Source of the DNA: Stegostoma tigrinum
Lineage: Eukaryota
Direction: 5' to 3'
Length of the DNA stretch: 64,000 bases
Assembly (NCBI RefSeq): GCF_030684315.1
Contig: NC_081404.1
Location: forward strand, 18,109,140 to 18,173,139
A program made the translations under genes and the position numbers. Below are positions 62,535 through 64,000 of the stretch, piece by piece. The first letter of the stretch is position 1, and every line of letters starts with the position of its first letter. Under the pieces are notes generated by a model that saw only the letters and a list, made by a program, of their open reading frames with translations, had not been told where the DNA came from and made no database searches.

Positions 62535-63850
62535 TATCACCTCCCTGTACCATGATCACACCAGTAAACTATTATTTCCACAGTCATCACTGATCTCATC
62601 TGGGGATTTGATCCCCAACAACCTTCCACCTTATTGCCCCTGCAACCCTGAATGGCCCACTTCCGCCACCTTCCCAAAATCCACATATAGGACTGGCCGG
62701 GCAGATTCATTTGTTCCAGCTTGTTCCTGCCCCATGGAACTTGCTTCTTCCTACCACTTACATCATGATTCTTCTGATGTCTTATGATCAGTTTCAAAAC
62801 TTCCAGTTTGCTGGAATCTGCCATCTCCTCTTCACCATGGACATGTAATCCTTCCACATGTCCATCCCCATCAGGCTAGTCTGAGGGCTCTGTCTCTTTC
62901 TCAAGGGGGAGGCATTGGCCTCATGGTATTATTACTAGACTATTAATTCAAAGACCCAGGTAATATTCTGAAGCCCCAAAATTGAAATTCACCATGGTAC
63001 ATGGTGAAATTTGAATCTAATAAAAATCTGGAATCATTGTTGATTATCAATAAAAAAAATCTGGTTCACTAATGCCCTTTAGGGAAGGAAACTGTTGTCC
63101 CTACCTGGTCTGGTCTACATATTCCAGACCCATAGCAATGTGCTTGATGCTTAACAGCACTGTGAGCAATTAGGGAGGGGCAATAAATGTTGACCCAGCC
63201 GGCAATGCCAACATCCCATGAACAAACTTTTCAAAAGTAGGCCTGAACCATCCCTATCCGCCATCACCCTTCTCCTGGCTGAGCTTGTCCCTACTTTGAA
63301 CAACTTCACCTTTAACTTTTCTCACTTTCTTCAGGTCAAAGGTGTGGCCATGGGTACATGCACAGGCCCCAGTTATGCCTGTCTCTTTGTGGGTTACATG
63401 GAACATTCCTTGTTCCAGACCTACTAGGGTCCCTCCCTACAATTCTTTCCTGGTACATTGATTAATTAGTGCTGCTTCCCTCTCCCACCCAGAATTGGAA
63501 AACAAATCAATTTTTCTAAAAGTTTCTACCCTGCTCTCACCATCACTTGGTCCTTTTCTGACTCCTCCCACGTCTTCTTTGACATCTTGGTTTCCATTGC
63601 TGGGGAGAGGCTGGCCACCAAAATCCACAAGAAACCCACTGACTCCCACAGTTACCTCGGCTATACATCCTCACAAACTGCCTTCTGTAAAGACTCTATT
63701 CTATTCTCCCAGTTTCTCTGTCTCCATTGCATCTATTCTGATGATGCAGCCTTCTGCAGGGGCCCTTAGAAATGTCTGTCTTTTTCCTCAAACAAGAATT
63801 CCCTGCCATCACAGCAGAGCCCTCAGCTGTGCCTGACCCATTTCCTGCAC
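62535..63850 (+). mobile_element. Degenerate Penelope-like RT region interrupted by a tRNA-SINE (62907-63222)
   Basis: LAELVPTLNNFTFNFSHFLQVKGVAMGTCTGPSYACLFVGYME; IHKKPTDSHSYLGYTSS; in-frame stops. Confidence 0.8.
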
Positions 63851-64000
63851 TGTGACCTCATGCAGTCATAAATATTTCAACTAAAATTTTATTTTGTCCA
63901 TCAGTTTTGAGGATCTACAGTTCACTGTCAGGTTAGGTTTTCAAACCTGTATAAAAATTTGGATGGTCTGTGAATGCATTTGAAAAGCCAAGTTTCTCAA

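Overview
This is vertebrate nuclear DNA, most likely from a shark (inferred from HE1/V-SINE-like, DeuSINE-like, CR1/L2 and Penelope repeats), so most of the supplied ORF track is spurious or consists of exon read-through. Reading GT-AG splice sites by hand gives three complete + strand genes: METTL1 (6 coding exons, 262 aa), CYP27B1 (9 exons, 503 aa) and EEF1AKMT3/METTL21B (3 coding exons, 229 aa). A probable first exon of TSFM follows at 61001. This is the same neighbourhood as human 12q14, but with METTL1-CYP27B1 inverted relative to EEF1AKMT3-TSFM. Introns and intergenic DNA are filled with nested retroelements. The most striking non-coding signal is a set of short Penelope-derived cassettes, often palindromic and flanked by target-site duplications (TSDs). 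They carry minimal hammerhead-ribozyme motifs (CTGANGA...GAAACGTC) and come from at least three subfamilies. Examples are a 92-bp-arm twin-hammerhead hairpin in CYP27B1 intron 2 and copies in or beside CpG-rich promoters. Repeat boundaries are approximate unless a TSD is quoted.
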